A DNA stretch of 64,000 bases, from contig NC_059435.1 of assembly GCF_021028975.2 (NCBI RefSeq), positions 70,060,001 to 70,124,000 on the forward strand. Direction: 5' to 3'. Made by a program: the position numbers and the translations under genes. Source of the DNA: Sphaerodactylus townsendi. Lineage: Eukaryota. Below are positions 61,576-64,000 of the stretch, one piece after another. How positions within the stretch are numbered: the first letter of the stretch is position 1; every line of letters begins with the position of its first letter. The notes beneath the pieces are model-generated. The model ran no database searches. It was not told the DNA's origin and saw only the letters and a list, made by a program, of their open reading frames with translations.

Positions 61576-62488
61576 TCAAGGACGTAGGTAAGGGGGGGAG
61601 GGTTTCTCGGGTTCACCCCCCCCCCCCCCCCATTGGATGTCTGAAGCTCCACTACCCATTTGTGTGGTTTTTTGTATTTTTTTAGTGTTTTGGGGGGTTT
61701 TGGCCTGCAGGGGGTATGAAGATTTTGCTCTGGTTCAGCGTCTAGACATGGCCCACCCACCCTAGTGGGGAGGGAGGGAGGGAGGGAGAGGGAGAGGCGG
61801 CATGCAAGGGAAGGGAAGGGAGGAAGGGAGGTGTGGCATGCAAGGGAGGGAGGGGTTTGTTTTTTTAAATCATCCTCAAACTGTCCATTTGTGTACGTTC
61901 TCCCCTGTTCACTGCAAGCTTTCCCAAACCTGGTTTATATAATGTTTTTGGAAAGGTTGCCGTCAAACCACCTTTGAACACCACATGAACCCAAAGATGT
62001 ACATTTTAAAGGTCTGGTCCACATTAGTCCTATTTCCACTGCCTCGGCCTTTGTCGCTACCGTATATCCCTACGTGTCATATCACTACAGGGCTTTTGCT
62101 GGCTTTAAAAAATAGTAATTGTTAGATCTCTGTAACATTATAACAATCTGTTGGAATTATTTACTCATTCCTAGTTTTCCCAAAAAAACAAACCAAGTTT
62201 CTCATCCCATACCATTGTGATACTATAGTTATACGGTTGCCAACTCCAAGTTGGAAAATACCTGGAGGTTTTTCAGGTTGAGCATGGAGATAATATCAGA
62301 TCTCCAGCTACCACCTGGAGGTTGGCAACCCTGTGTAGTGATCAGTAATGACCAGTTCAAAGAAGAAGAAAGCTCGCGCACAGACACCCAGGTTGTGAGT
62401 TCCAGGTTGGGAAATATCTGGAGATTTGGGGGTGGAGCCTGAGAAGTACGGGGGTTTGGGGAGGGGAGGGACTTTCATGGGGTATAAT

Positions 62489-62596
62489 CAGTGGTGGGAC
62501 TCAAATAAATTAACAACCGGTTCCGGTGGTGGGATTCAAATAATTTTAACAACTGGTTCTGCCGAAGTGGTGCAAACCTACTGAGTCCCACCACTG
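62489..62596. mobile_element. hAT-type MITE nested in an older repeat
   Basis: TIRs cagtggtgggactca / tgagtcccaccactg; perfect 8-bp TSD GGTATAAT; internal tandem duplication of about 36 bp. Confidence 0.9.
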
Positions 62597-64000
62597 GGTA
62601 TAATGCCATAGAGTCAACCTTCCAAAGTATCCATTTTCTCCATGGGAACTGATCTTGGTCATCTGCAGTTAGTTATTATAGTGAGAGATCTCCAAACCAT
62701 GTGGAGGCTGGTAACGAACCCCCCCGAACCTTCTAGAGGCACATTTTGGGCAATGGTGAGCAGGAGGGCAAGGAAATCATGCCATGTGGACAGTCTCTGT
62801 GCCGCTAGCAACAAGAGCTCCATGGAAAATCTGTGGAGGAAACCACATGATTTATCCCCCAACAGATGCAAACTATTCATCTCTCTCTTCCATCAGTTGG
62901 ATGTAATTTTCAAATGCATGCACTAGATGGAGCTCCAAAACAATACAGCAGATAGACAAATGGAACAGGAAAAATGAACAAAAAAAGAATTATAGTGTTG
63001 CACACCAAAGCTGCATGAATATCATTCAAATGTATATTTTTAACTTACTAACAGTAATCAATTCATCAACATGTCACAATACAATTCACCCATCCAACCA
63101 GGTGTATATACAGTAATATATATTCTTGTACTTATAACTAGATTCTTATGCTTATAACCATTAATATGATCTAATTAGCTAAGTATCTAAAGTATTATTA
63201 AGTTGACATACAGTCTCCAGAGATATTGACATTATCCTCTGTTTTGAAATTGCCTTACAGGTGAGTTATGGGTGAATTGTATTGTGACCTGTTGAGGCAT
63301 TTCTGTGAACTTAGGCAGATCATGACAGGGAGGGGTGGGAAGAGATGAGCTGGTGCTGGGCTCTCGTGACTCTTTCTTACATGCCCAGGGTAATGCTGAT
63401 TGCCAGATTGGGGTCAGGAAAGAATTTTCCTCCGGGCCAGATTGGTGAGGGATACGGGAGATTTTCTGCCTTTGTCTGAGCAGGGGACACTAGGGGCATG
63501 GGGGTGGGGGGGTAGTTGTGAATCTCCTGCAGTGTGCAGGTCGTTGGACTAGATGACCTTTGAAGTCCCTATCAACTCTGTGTTTCCAGTCACTGTATCA
63601 CTACCTTTCTTCTGCCATGGCTGGTATTGTCCCGTTTTGCTCTGAAAAACAAGGGAGGGCCTTAGACTGGCTTCTTACTGACTTTCCAGAAAATTAACAA
63701 GTTTGCTCCAACACAGATGTCTTTAACACTTGGCATCTGAACGAAGGTAAGCAAGAGCTTCTGCCTGCAGCGGGAGTTACCTGCAAGTCTTGGAAGAGAA
63801 AGCAGATCTGCTGATAAGCACAGAAAGTTTCAGTCTGGGCAGGTTTTAAAGCTGTCAAGCTCAGAAATGGCTTCTGTTCTTTTTGGCATCATTATTGAGG
63901 AGCTGACATCCACCTCATGAATTGTACCCAAGAGGAGGCCAACCAGAAAAACCGGCACAAGGAAACCAAAGACCATGAATAAAATGTTACTGGTAGCGAT

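Noticed and set aside
56500-64000. A neighbouring gene upstream of GALNT11 (e.g. GALNTL5-like)
   Set aside because: No recognisable coding exons; the region is repeat fragments.
1-64000. Prokaryotic-type systems (CRISPR array, operon, retron)
   Set aside because: Spliced vertebrate genes throughout. There is no regularly spaced repeat-spacer array, and the RT, recombinase and methylase domains are explained by DIRS and L2.

Overview
Eukaryotic (vertebrate) genomic DNA, most likely a squamate reptile. The repeat content (Squam3/Sauria-type SINEs, L2, CR1, DIRS) suggests a gecko, but that is inference. Two genes lie tail-to-tail. (1) The last 15 coding exons and 3'UTR of KMT2C/MLL3 on + (87-11132; extended PHD, FYRN/FYRC, Win motif, SET, post-SET; poly(A) signal about 12970). 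(2) A complete GALNT11 gene on - (CpG-island promoter and non-coding exon 1 about 56041-56450; 11 coding exons 48453->15940; 1818-nt CDS, 605 aa; two GC-AG introns). GALNT11 intron 2 carries two large sense-oriented retroelements. One is a structurally complete DIRS1-type tyrosine-recombinase retrotransposon (42609-47975) with inverted terminal repeats, an internal complementary region, decayed gag/RT/RNase H/methyltransferase/recombinase frames and a reconstructable AACGA crossover site. The other is a near full-length L2 LINE (about 34446-38820) with an atypical upstream ORF. The rest is SINEs, MITEs with target-site duplications, Penelope-like hammerhead remnants and two N-gaps. No wholly new system is demonstrable from sequence alone. 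The best leads are the DIRS element, a candidate KMT2C poison exon, the L2 upstream ORF and a 13-bp-TSD foldback insertion.
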